Part shown: positions 9,724 to 18,193 of the stretch, piece after piece | Numbering within the stretch: position 1 is the first letter of the stretch | Layout: the number at the start of each line of letters is the position of its first letter | Sequence record: NC_031039.1 | Reading direction: 5' to 3' (one strand) | DNA: 64,000 nucleotides | The notes under the pieces: model-generated | The model's database searches: none | Seen by the model: the letters and a program-made list of their open reading frames with translations, nothing else | What the model was told of the DNA's origin: nothing | Translations under genes and position numbers: made by a program

Positions 9724-11412
9724 TTATTGCTGATACTGAACGGAAACGAATTGATTACTAGTAACTAAAAGTCCAATGATACTAAAAGTAGCTTTCATTA
9801 TTTCAATATCAGTTTGTGTTGAGTTAATAATTTTAGTATTACTAATATCTTCAAATTCATCAGTCTTGAGATTGTAAATTTTATCATTAACAATACACTC
9901 TGAAATAATATCATCAATTAGATTTTCATTATCTTCAAACTTATTCATTAAAACAGTCTCAAAAGAATTTCTGAATGCTTGTTTGATCTTAATGCTAAAT
10001 TCTTTGATAAAATTATATTTCTCATCATCATTAAAATATCTAAATAGGGATTTATCAGAAATAATTTTTTCAATAATAACATCTAAATTCTTATCAATAA
10101 TTCTAGGAATAATTAAATTTCCACCAGAGATATAACCATTACGTAAAGCCGAACGACATGCAAAAACTGCATCTTCCATGAGAAATTTACGAGTTTCTTT
10201 TTCTAACTCTGTACTTCCTCCAATAAAAAGATTAGCAATAGAACAATTTAAATCTGCAATTCTCTTTTTAATTCTATATTCATCTTCTGTAGTGTCGATA
10301 TATTTTTCACGTTTATTAATTTCTTCTAATCTTGTATTTAGATATTCAATTCTTTCTTTGATGGCTTCAGGATCCCCTTGACCTTCAATAAGCTTTGATG
10401 TATTTTCATTGACTGTTACTTTATTACATTTTCCTAGTTTATCAATATCAAATGCATCTAATTGTCCCATCTCAAATTTATCATAAATAGTAGCACCTAA
10501 ATATATAGCAAGATCTTCAAATGATTCACGATGGTGATCAGTAGCAAGTGCATAATCAATTGCCACTAAATCTTTTAATTCATCTCTTCGGTGATTAATT
10601 CTTAACATGTTGACTATTTCTGAAGAATAACCTTTAGAAATGATAACTAATGGTTTTTTTCTCCCAAGCATGACATCACCCATTAAGCTACCAATTAAAT
10701 CTGAGTCACTCTCATCTAATGTTTGATTAGACATAAATACTAAAGCATCTTTAAGTTCAGTAGTTACTTTATCCACTTGATTGGCAAAATCATTGGTAAT
10801 GTAGCCTCTATTTAATTCAATTCCTTTAGTTACAGTATAACTATCTACTATATCATCAGATAATTCTAAATTAATAAATCCATTAGCACCAATCTCTTTA
10901 TAAATATCATAAATAATTTGACCTGCTTTTTCATCATTATTATTAGATACTGTAGCAATCTCTTTAATAATATTAAAATTTTCTTCTGTAATTTCTGTTG
11001 CTTCATTTTTAATAAATTCTACTAATACTTCTTCGAATTTAGCCAGTGTATCAATAATATCTTTACGAGGTACTTTAAATTCAGTGATCAATGAGTCTAA
11101 CTCTTTAAAGAGAGAATTTGATACTACAATAGCAGAAGTTGAACCATCACCAACTTCACGTACTAAGCTTCTACTAATTTTCTTTACAATATCTAAAATT
11201 GTTGAAGCAATTTCATTATCAAACTTAATTTTATTTAAAATACTATAACCATCTTTTGTAATAGCATGATTTACAGTTAATTTATCTTGTATAATAGAAG
11301 TTGAACCATATGGTCCAAGACTATTAGAAAGAATAGTTGTGAGCGTATTTAAGGTTTCTGTTATTACTTCTTTTGTCTTACTTTGATCTGCTACATTTGA
11401 TTTAACTGACAT
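9724..11412 (-). CDS. groEL: GroEL-like phage chaperonin (AR9 gp228-type)
   Basis: LGPYG, ITKDGYSIL, GDGSTSA, EDAVFACRSA, ISGG ATPase motifs. Confidence 0.95.
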   Translation of the reverse strand: MSVKSNVADQSKTKEVITETLNTLTTILSNSLGPYGSTSIIQDKLTVNHAITKDGYSILNKIKFDNEIASTILDIVKKISRSLVREVGDGSTSAIVVSNSLFKELDSLITEFKVPRKDIIDTLAKFEEVLVEFIKNEATEITEENFNIIKEIATVSNNNDEKAGQIIYDIYKEIGANGFINLELSDDIVDSYTVTKGIELNRGYITNDFANQVDKVTTELKDALVFMSNQTLDESDSDLIGSLMGDVMLGRKKPLVIISKGYSSEIVNMLRINHRRDELKDLVAIDYALATDHHRESFEDLAIYLGATIYDKFEMGQLDAFDIDKLGKCNKVTVNENTSKLIEGQGDPEAIKERIEYLNTRLEEINKREKYIDTTEDEYRIKKRIADLNCSIANLFIGGSTELEKETRKFLMEDAVFACRSALRNGYISGGNLIIPRIIDKNLDVIIEKIISDKSLFRYFNDDEKYNFIKEFSIKIKQAFRNSFETVLMNKFEDNENLIDDIISECIVNDKIYNLKTDEFEDISNTKIINSTQTDIEIMKATFSIIGLLVTSNQFVSVQYQQ

Positions 11413-11453
11413 ATTAATTTCCTCCTGATTTCTCTCTTTTGGAACATAGAAAA

Positions 11454-11786
11454 CTATTTTATTAAAAATACAATTTCATTTTCTGATAAAACTTTTACTT
11501 CATCTACATATTTATGATTATTAATAACTTCTATGGCTTTTTCTTTATTTTTATCTGATAATAATTTAATATGACAATTTTTAAAGGTATTAATTGCGTT
11601 ATCATCAGAGAGGTTCTCGCATAGAAAACCTCTTACAATTTTATAAAATTCTATATTGCTTAGTATTTCAATAATTTTTAAAGCATTTTCTCTATATTCT
11701 AAACCTTTAAAAAAATTTTCTGATTTATACTCTTCATTATCTGTTTTAGTTAATTCACCATAGATGATATAATTTTCATTGTTCAT
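11454..11786 (-). CDS. Hypothetical protein
   Basis: 110 aa, SD GAGGG. Confidence 0.75.
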   Translation of the reverse strand: MNNENYIIYGELTKTDNEEYKSENFFKGLEYRENALKIIEILSNIEFYKIVRGFLCENLSDDNAINTFKNCHIKLLSDKNKEKAIEVINNHKYVDEVKVLSENEIVFLIK

Positions 11787-11838
11787 CTTTCCCTCTACCT
11801 TTCTTTCCCCTCATGAGAGTAAAAGAAGAACATACTTA

Positions 11839-12141
11839 CTATTTCTTATTAGTAATAGTTTTAGGTTTTTCTTTTGAATCTTGTTGAGCCTTCATTATTT
11901 TTTTAGCTTCTTTTTCAACTTGTTTTGCTTTTTCCTTCTCCAGACTGATTAGCATTGATAGATCCATATTGATCATTTCGCTGATACTTATTTTACCATC
12001 AAATAAGTCCAAAAGGTATAACTGGTATTTAGCATCCAGTTCAGTCTTTCGTTTAAGACCACCTTTTAATCCTCCTGAAGAAGACGATGAAAAAGCATTT
12101 CTTCCATATCGATCTCGATATCTCCTAACTGTTCTCCGCAA
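11839..12141 (-). CDS. gp51-like / tail assembly chaperone T-like segment, probably reached by -1 frameshift
   Basis: ISISEMINM motif resembles T4-like gp51 SxTExENM; track start is TTG with no SD; overlaps the upstream ORF by 76 nt. Confidence 0.6.
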   Translation of the reverse strand: MRRTVRRYRDRYGRNAFSSSSSGGLKGGLKRKTELDAKYQLYLLDLFDGKISISEMINMDLSMLISLEKEKAKQVEKEAKKIMKAQQDSKEKPKTITNKK

Positions 12142-13262
12142 TTACTACATTTATGAGTTTTAATTTTATAATCAATAGCATATTTTTCTGAACGATCAGA
12201 AATTGCTTGTGCTAATGCTTTAACATCTTCCACTTCTAAATTCTTAATAATTTGGAAGATTGACTCTTTATCATCAATTTTTACATATTTTACTTTATTA
12301 TTAGCTTTAAGTTGTTGAATGTCGATTACATAAAGATTCTTAATAAACATCATTGTTGTTAAGATTTGCTCATTTTCTTGTAGCATCTCTGGATTTACTG
12401 AGCCGATCAATTCTAAATGATCATACAATGAAGGTGTTTGAACATCCAACAAAATCTTATCATGTGGTAATACAATACGGTTAAATTTATTAACAAGTGA
12501 TTTTTCTAGCAACTCATCTACATTACTAACATTCCCAATAATCTCATGTAACTTAGCAAAAGTTTCTTCATCTTTTACGTCAACTAGTGTTTCATTATTA
12601 ACGATAACAGTATTTGTTCCTTGGCAATGACCACAACTAATTTCAAAAGTACTATCAGTTGGATAAGTTTGACAATAAATGCCATAGAGTAAGGTATTAA
12701 AATCATAGAATGAAGTAATTCTTAACCAATCTTTATAACTAATTTTTCCTAAAGATGTTGCATTAATTTTACTATATACAATCTTGTAAAGCTTTTGTCT
12801 AGAAGCAGATGGAGACATAGTAGAATTTACAATAGAATTAATATCAGCCATTCTAATTGATTCCATATGTGCGATATACGCCGATTGGTTAGCAACAACT
12901 TGGAAAGTAGGTTTTCCATTTAGAATAAAATCAATATCAGATGTACTTTCTAATGGACTCTTTTCAGAAAATTCAATATTTGATACATCAATAGTAATAC
13001 CACTAAGGATATCTCTTATATCCGAATTATCTGATGTTTTCTTTTTATTACTTTTCTTTTTGGTTTGTGTTGATGTTTTCTTTTTTGAAACAGCTTTCTT
13101 TTTAGGTTTTTCTTCTACAATTTCTTCTTCAATATTTTCTTCCTCATCTTCAATAATACCTAATTCTTCATGTAGATCTTCAATTTCTTCTTCACTTTTT
13201 AAACCAAAATCTTTAATCTCTTTTTCAGAAAGTTTTTTCATAACTTCTTGTCTTTTACTCAT
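12066..13262 (-). CDS. Baseplate hub assembly / tail chaperone protein (T4 gp26-like)
   Basis: Two CxxC pairs (CGHC, CSNC) with C-terminal position typical of gp26; next to a gp25-like gene. Confidence 0.6.
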   Translation of the reverse strand: MSKRQEVMKKLSEKEIKDFGLKSEEEIEDLHEELGIIEDEEENIEEEIVEEKPKKKAVSKKKTSTQTKKKSNKKKTSDNSDIRDILSGITIDVSNIEFSEKSPLESTSDIDFILNGKPTFQVVANQSAYIAHMESIRMADINSIVNSTMSPSASRQKLYKIVYSKINATSLGKISYKDWLRITSFYDFNTLLYGIYCQTYPTDSTFEISCGHCQGTNTVIVNNETLVDVKDEETFAKLHEIIGNVSNVDELLEKSLVNKFNRIVLPHDKILLDVQTPSLYDHLELIGSVNPEMLQENEQILTTMMFIKNLYVIDIQQLKANNKVKYVKIDDKESIFQIIKNLEVEDVKALAQAISDRSEKYAIDYKIKTHKCSNCGEQLGDIEIDMEEMLFHRLLQED

Positions 13263-13276
13263 TATTTTGTCCTCCG

Positions 13277-13702
13277 TTATAAAATAATTTTAGATATAAC
13301 TTTTTTATTACTTTGCCTACCAAATATAATAGTAATTTGATCAGGATCATTAGTAGTCTGAATATCTCTTGAAACAATAAAGGTAAAAACAAGTATTTTA
13401 GATCCTCTATCATTATCTACTGTATCCAAATCAAATTGTATTCCTATATTGGTTGGTATAAATTTACTTATTTGATTATCAACTTTTTCTTTTAATTCTT
13501 GTTTTAATTGATCATCAATAAATTCAAATTGATAATTTTCGATACCTACGCCTAATTCTGGTTGATTAGGATATGTACCTTGTTCAATTATCATTAAATT
13601 TTGAATAGTCTGTGCTAATGCTTCTAAATCTTTCCTCTCAGCATTAGTGTTATATATACTCTTTTCCAAAAGGAGTTCACTCTTAAATATATCATCAGCC
13701 AC
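13277..13702 (-). CDS. Baseplate wedge protein, T4 gp25 / GPW family
   Basis: LAQTIQNLMIIEQGTYPNQPELGVGI matches the gp25 signature. Confidence 0.8.
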   Translation of the reverse strand: MADDIFKSELLLEKSIYNTNAERKDLEALAQTIQNLMIIEQGTYPNQPELGVGIENYQFEFIDDQLKQELKEKVDNQISKFIPTNIGIQFDLDTVDNDRGSKILVFTFIVSRDIQTTNDPDQITIIFGRQSNKKVISKIIL

Positions 13703-13737
13703 TATAGTTCTAAGACCTCCTCCATTATTTCAGGTAA

Positions 13738-13749
13738 TATTGAAATGTT
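13738..13749 (-). promoter_or_regulatory. Late (nvRNAP) promoter AACA-N6-TA
   Basis: AACA-TTTCAA-TA upstream of the gp25-like gene. Confidence 0.6.
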
Positions 13750-13778
13750 AACAATTCTCCAAATTATAAAAAATAATA

Positions 13779-13790
13779 AACAATATTTTA
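13779..13790 (+). promoter_or_regulatory. Late promoter AACA-N6-TA
   Basis: AACA-ATATTT-TA, divergent from the 13738 promoter. Confidence 0.6.
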
Positions 13791-13824
13791 TAAGACATAA
13801 TAATGGAAAAGACGGTGAAAAATA

Positions 13825-14541
13825 ATGAAAATAGAAAAATGTCCATTTTGTTCTAATAAGTATAAAGACAAATCTTTTCTTTGTAATCATTTAGAAAATA
13901 AACATAAAGAACAGTTGAATGGTCTTTCTCCAGCACAGGTATATTTTAATTTTAAATATAATAAAACTGGTGGAAAATGTATTATATGTAGAAAGTCTAC
14001 TAAATGGAATGAAAGTACCAATAGATATGAGAGAATTTGTGATCGTAAAGAGACTAATTGTAGAGAGAAATATAGAGAAATGTTTAAAAAACGTATGATG
14101 GGTAAGTATGGTAAGACTACTTTACTTGATGAACCAGAAATGCAAAAGAAGATGCTTGATTCTAGAAAGATATCTGGTGAATATACTTGGACAAATAAAA
14201 AAGGTAAGACTAAATATACTGGTACTTATGAAAAAGATTTTTTAGAATTTTTAGATGTATTTTTACATTTTGAACCAAGTGATGTTATTAGTCCTGCCCC
14301 ACAAGTTTTTTACTATGAATTTAATGGTAAAAAACACTTTTATATGCCAGATTTTTATATTACATCAATTAATACCATCATAGAGATAAAAGCTTTTGAT
14401 AATAAACATTATAGAGCTAGAGATATAGAACAAGAAAAAGCAAAGGATAAAGCAGTATTAAAAAGTAATTTTAATTATATTAAAATTCATGATAAAGAAT
14501 ATGATGAATTTTTTGATTATCTTTTAAAATTTAAAGAATAA
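13825..14541 (+). CDS. C2H2 Zn-finger + PD-(D/E)xK (TnsA-N-like) nuclease, possibly T4 gp4 head-completion-like
   Basis: CPFC...HLENKH; YMPDFY...IIEIKA; divergent from gp25/26/51-like genes. Confidence 0.6.
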   Translation: MKIEKCPFCSNKYKDKSFLCNHLENKHKEQLNGLSPAQVYFNFKYNKTGGKCIICRKSTKWNESTNRYERICDRKETNCREKYREMFKKRMMGKYGKTTLLDEPEMQKKMLDSRKISGEYTWTNKKGKTKYTGTYEKDFLEFLDVFLHFEPSDVISPAPQVFYYEFNGKKHFYMPDFYITSINTIIEIKAFDNKHYRARDIEQEKAKDKAVLKSNFNYIKIHDKEYDEFFDYLLKFKE

Positions 14542-14654
14542 AGAAATAATAAATTAATAGGGTAAGTTAAAAAATAAAGATAACTTTTTCTTAATAGAAT
14601 TAGTTATCTTTATTAAATTTATTATTTTTAATAACCGTATTAAAATATTAAAAG

Positions 14655-14667
14655 AAATATATATTAT
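14655..14667 (+). promoter_or_regulatory. Early promoter AAATATATATTAT
   Basis: Exact motif. Confidence 0.85.
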
Positions 14668-14706
14668 ATAATTGAATAAATAGGAGAACTAGGAGGTTCA
14701 ATTATT

Positions 14707-15489
14707 ATGAGAATTATACTGGGGAATTATAATAAAGATAGGGGTACTACTATTTCATCTACTGAAGGAAAGTATTTCTACCAAGATGTTTCGAATGATC
14801 AACAAGTATTTGAGGTTTATAAGAAATTTATAGATGTAGCTGAAATTGTTGGATTTGATGTATTACAGGCACATACACATTTTAAAGATACTAGTGATAT
14901 TTGGGAAATTATACAGATTGAATTAATTAGAGATGGTATTATTGAGGAATTTAATTATGATGAAGAGAATTATTGTACTTTTCCTGAGATACGAGACATT
15001 ATTGATGTATCAAAAATGCTTATTATGGATAAGCTAGTAAAATTACCTATGTATCATTATTGGGAAGGACAAGTACATATTGGGAAAACCATAGAAGAAG
15101 ATCCAAGTAGACTTAAATTAGCTATTAATGAAATTCTTATTAAACCAAAAACAAGAATACTTGAGATGAGTGTATATATTTACATTTATATTGATGGACA
15201 AAGGAAAATTATCGACCTCCTAGAAGATTTTACATTAGATTTTAATTATATTAGAGATAAAAATAGAAAATTATTTAATTATATTAATAGAGTTATTGAT
15301 TATGCAAGAAATAATGTTGATTTCCCAGTGAACTTTGTGAGATTTCAAATTTCTAATGATAACATTATACGCAATATGAAAATTAGTGATCGAAATGCTG
15401 AAATGCTTGAATGTCTTTATATGAAAGTACAAAATGACAAATATGAAAATAAATATATACTACCTCTGTATAATATAAAAGGAGAATAA
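14707..15489 (+). CDS. Hypothetical early protein
   Basis: 260 aa, SD GGAGG. Confidence 0.8.
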   Translation: MRIILGNYNKDRGTTISSTEGKYFYQDVSNDQQVFEVYKKFIDVAEIVGFDVLQAHTHFKDTSDIWEIIQIELIRDGIIEEFNYDEENYCTFPEIRDIIDVSKMLIMDKLVKLPMYHYWEGQVHIGKTIEEDPSRLKLAINEILIKPKTRILEMSVYIYIYIDGQRKIIDLLEDFTLDFNYIRDKNRKLFNYINRVIDYARNNVDFPVNFVRFQISNDNIIRNMKISDRNAEMLECLYMKVQNDKYENKYILPLYNIKGE

Positions 15490-15494
15490 TAACA

Positions 15495-16220
15495 ATGCAT
15501 CATTCTTTATTCCAAATAAAGTCTAAAGAAAATAATAAGATTTATAATGTACTAAAAATCATCAAGAATCAATACATAGTTATGGAAGTCAGCCTTTCAA
15601 ATATTAATGATATAAGTATGAATTATTTTAAAAAATTTATTGATGTAATAGATTATTTAGGTATTGAAAATATATCTAAATTAGATAACGATAATGGATT
15701 AGTGTTTATTCAAGAGATAATCAATAATAACTATTTTAAAGTCATTAATAAAGGAGACTATTCTTATATTACTTTGCCTTTTATTAATGAATTGGAAGTT
15801 GTAATGTATAAGCTGTTATCTACAAATAAGAATATAAAAGATCCAAGTAGTTATACTATAAATAGATTTCAAGTTAATAAAAATCCTAAACAAACAGCAA
15901 TTCAAGGAGTATTATCATGTGAATTATATTCTTTTAATGAGAAAGTAAGTGAGATAGTCGTTCATATTGAAATGAGAGATCTAAGAAAAGAAAATAGGGA
16001 GTTATTTAATGATATTAAACGGTTAATTTTATTTACAGAAAGAAAATTGAATTATAGATTAACAGAAATGAGCCTAGAAATTATGCTAGGTTCATTTCTA
16101 ACTACCATTTCTAAAAATAATAATCGTCTTGAGTTTAGGGATATTATTGATACTATATTTCTTGAAGTAAAAGGTGCTACTTCTACACAGTTTAATAGTA
16201 TATTACCTATTTCAAAATAA
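15495..16220 (+). CDS. Hypothetical early protein
   Basis: 241 aa, SD AAGGAG. Confidence 0.8.
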   Translation: MHHSLFQIKSKENNKIYNVLKIIKNQYIVMEVSLSNINDISMNYFKKFIDVIDYLGIENISKLDNDNGLVFIQEIINNNYFKVINKGDYSYITLPFINELEVVMYKLLSTNKNIKDPSSYTINRFQVNKNPKQTAIQGVLSCELYSFNEKVSEIVVHIEMRDLRKENRELFNDIKRLILFTERKLNYRLTEMSLEIMLGSFLTTISKNNNRLEFRDIIDTIFLEVKGATSTQFNSILPISK

Positions 16221-16236
16221 TATTGGAGGAATAAAA

Positions 16237-16959
16237 ATGTTTAGAGGAAATGTATTTTTAACTGATATTTTATATGTAAAACATACAGGTTATAAAGAAA
16301 AAATTGAATATCATTTCAAAGAAAATGAGTCAATTTTTGATTTTGCTCGTATACTACCTATGACTGTAATTGTTGAAAGAGCTACTAATGTTTTAATTCG
16401 TCATGAAGTAAAAGATGGTTTTATTTATATTCCATCAGTTATAAAAGAACAGAATAATATATTTGATCTATCTAAATATGAGCTATTTAATATTCCATTG
16501 AATGACAAAAAATTAGATATAGAAATACCTAGCTATACAATGATCGACAGTTCAAGGGTTAAAAAGAATGGAATAAAACTCATTGAAAAAGTCACTAAAC
16601 AGATTTTTTCTAATAGAAATAATTATATAAGTAATGAAGAGTTAAAAGTCATCTTAGACGGAATTAAACAGGAAGAATTTAATCGTATATGCAATTTCTC
16701 TAATGAAGAGAGTCGTTATGAATTAATATTTGGTAGCTTAAAGTCTACGACTGGAAAAGATGAATATATTAACATGAAAAGTAGTTTTGGAAACTTTATT
16801 TTCCCATCTATCGATAAAGAAACTATTAATATTATTAAAAAAGAATTTTCTAATAAAATTTTAATAATAGATAGCGAAAGAATTAATAAAGTAATCAATA
16901 ATATAATAGACTTTAAACTACTTATCAATTTAAAAAAACAAATAAATAGCTCCCTTTAG
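16237..16959 (+). CDS. Hypothetical early protein
   Basis: Start moved to ATG 16237 (SD GGAGG). Confidence 0.8.
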   Translation: MFRGNVFLTDILYVKHTGYKEKIEYHFKENESIFDFARILPMTVIVERATNVLIRHEVKDGFIYIPSVIKEQNNIFDLSKYELFNIPLNDKKLDIEIPSYTMIDSSRVKKNGIKLIEKVTKQIFSNRNNYISNEELKVILDGIKQEEFNRICNFSNEESRYELIFGSLKSTTGKDEYINMKSSFGNFIFPSIDKETINIIKKEFSNKILIIDSERINKVINNIIDFKLLINLKKQINSSL

Positions 16960-16969
16960 GGAGTTATTT
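16944..16969 (+). terminator. Intrinsic terminator
   Basis: AAATAGCTCCC / GGGAGTTATTT followed by a T-run. Confidence 0.8.
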
Positions 16970-17007
16970 TTTTTTATATTTTTTAAGTAAAATTAAAATA
17001 TTATAAC

Positions 17008-17020
17008 AAATATATATTAT
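17008..17020 (+). promoter_or_regulatory. Early promoter, overlapped by late motif AACA-AATATA-TA (17005-17016)
   Basis: TAACAAATATATATTAT. Confidence 0.85.
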
Positions 17021-17043
17021 ATAATTGATGGAGGTTTAAGAAA

Positions 17044-17424
17044 ATGAGTGAAGAAAAAGTTTTAGAAAATCAAGAAGAAGTAGTAGAAAAAGAGGAAGTT
17101 GGAGAAAGTGAACAACCTCAATTAGAAGGTGATATTGTACAATTTACAGTTGGAATTAATTCTAATCAAATGTATAATGTTAGATCAACAGTTGAAACTG
17201 GATTAGACCTAAGAGAATATATGCAAGCTATCGCAACTATTAAACTTAATACAATTATTAGCATCTTAAGTGGAAATGAAAAGAAATATGATAATTTGAA
17301 AATTTTTAAAGAATTTGAGAAAGAAACTTTATCAATGGCTATTGATAAAATCTTGGAAGGTTTCTCTGAAAAAGAAATTCCTGATATTGAGAAAAAACAA
17401 ATTAAAAAATTATTTGCTGAATAA
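17044..17424 (+). CDS. Acidic hypothetical protein
   Basis: 126 aa, SD GGAGG, E-rich N-terminus. Confidence 0.85.
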   Translation: MSEEKVLENQEEVVEKEEVGESEQPQLEGDIVQFTVGINSNQMYNVRSTVETGLDLREYMQAIATIKLNTIISILSGNEKKYDNLKIFKEFEKETLSMAIDKILEGFSEKEIPDIEKKQIKKLFAE

Positions 17425-17604
17425 CATAAAATATCAAGTATGGACAACAGTTCATACTTGATATTACTTAAACCTCCATTAAAATAAGTATAGCGGATAT
17501 ACTTATTTTATCTTTGTTAATTTCCAATACATCTGTCACTAATTATCTAAAATTTTTAGTAAATTAGTAACAAAAGATTGACTTATACTCAGGAGGTTAA
17601 CATA

Positions 17605-18126
17605 ATGAAAAAGAGATTATTAGTTATTGCTGGACCATCAGGCTGTGGAAAGAATTATATCACTGATTTATTAATTGGTACTTATCCAGAATTATTTCAA
17701 CAGCTTCCACAATATACTACTAGGGAGAAGAGAACACCAGATGAGAATACTTATCACTTTATTAGTAAGTCTCATTATGATGTAATTGAACATGCATTAA
17801 TTGCTAAAACTGAAATTAATGGATACCATTACGGGACAGTTCCAAGCTTTGAAGAAAATAAAATCGGTATTATTATTGCTAATAAAAAAGGAATTGAGAG
17901 TTTGAGAGAATACCTTTCTAATAACACTGATAATGTAGAGGTATTTTATTTGGGAATTGATTCGGAGCAACCAAAAGAGAGAGATGAAAGAACTAAAGAA
18001 TATGTCGCAAATGAAAGAAAAGAATTAAAACCAATTATTAATGATTGGTTAGTCAATATTCCACCCTATAATTATATTACTGCGGAAGATGTTTATCAAT
18101 ACTTAGAGAATAAAAAGTTTATTTAA
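17605..18126 (+). CDS. Guanylate kinase-like NMP/dNMP kinase
   Basis: P-loop GPSGCGKN, YTTREKR, YHFIS, YHYGT; start moved to ATG 17605 (SD AGGAGG). Confidence 0.85.
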   Translation: MKKRLLVIAGPSGCGKNYITDLLIGTYPELFQQLPQYTTREKRTPDENTYHFISKSHYDVIEHALIAKTEINGYHYGTVPSFEENKIGIIIANKKGIESLREYLSNNTDNVEVFYLGIDSEQPKERDERTKEYVANERKELKPIINDWLVNIPPYNYITAEDVYQYLENKKFI

Positions 18127-18134
18127 ACATAAAC

Positions 18135-18166
18135 AATCGATTATAGGTTTATTCCTATAATCGATT
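18135..18166. terminator. Hairpin overlapping late promoter motif (18132-18143)
   Basis: AATCGATTATAGG / CCTATAATCGATT. Confidence 0.65.
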
Positions 18167-18193
18167 TAGTTTGTCATAGGGGGAGGTTGAATT

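Noticed and set aside
14546-14630. Nested AT-rich inverted repeats as a replication origin
   Set aside because: Adequately explained as a terminator region before an early promoter; no iterons; AT-only pairing is weak evidence
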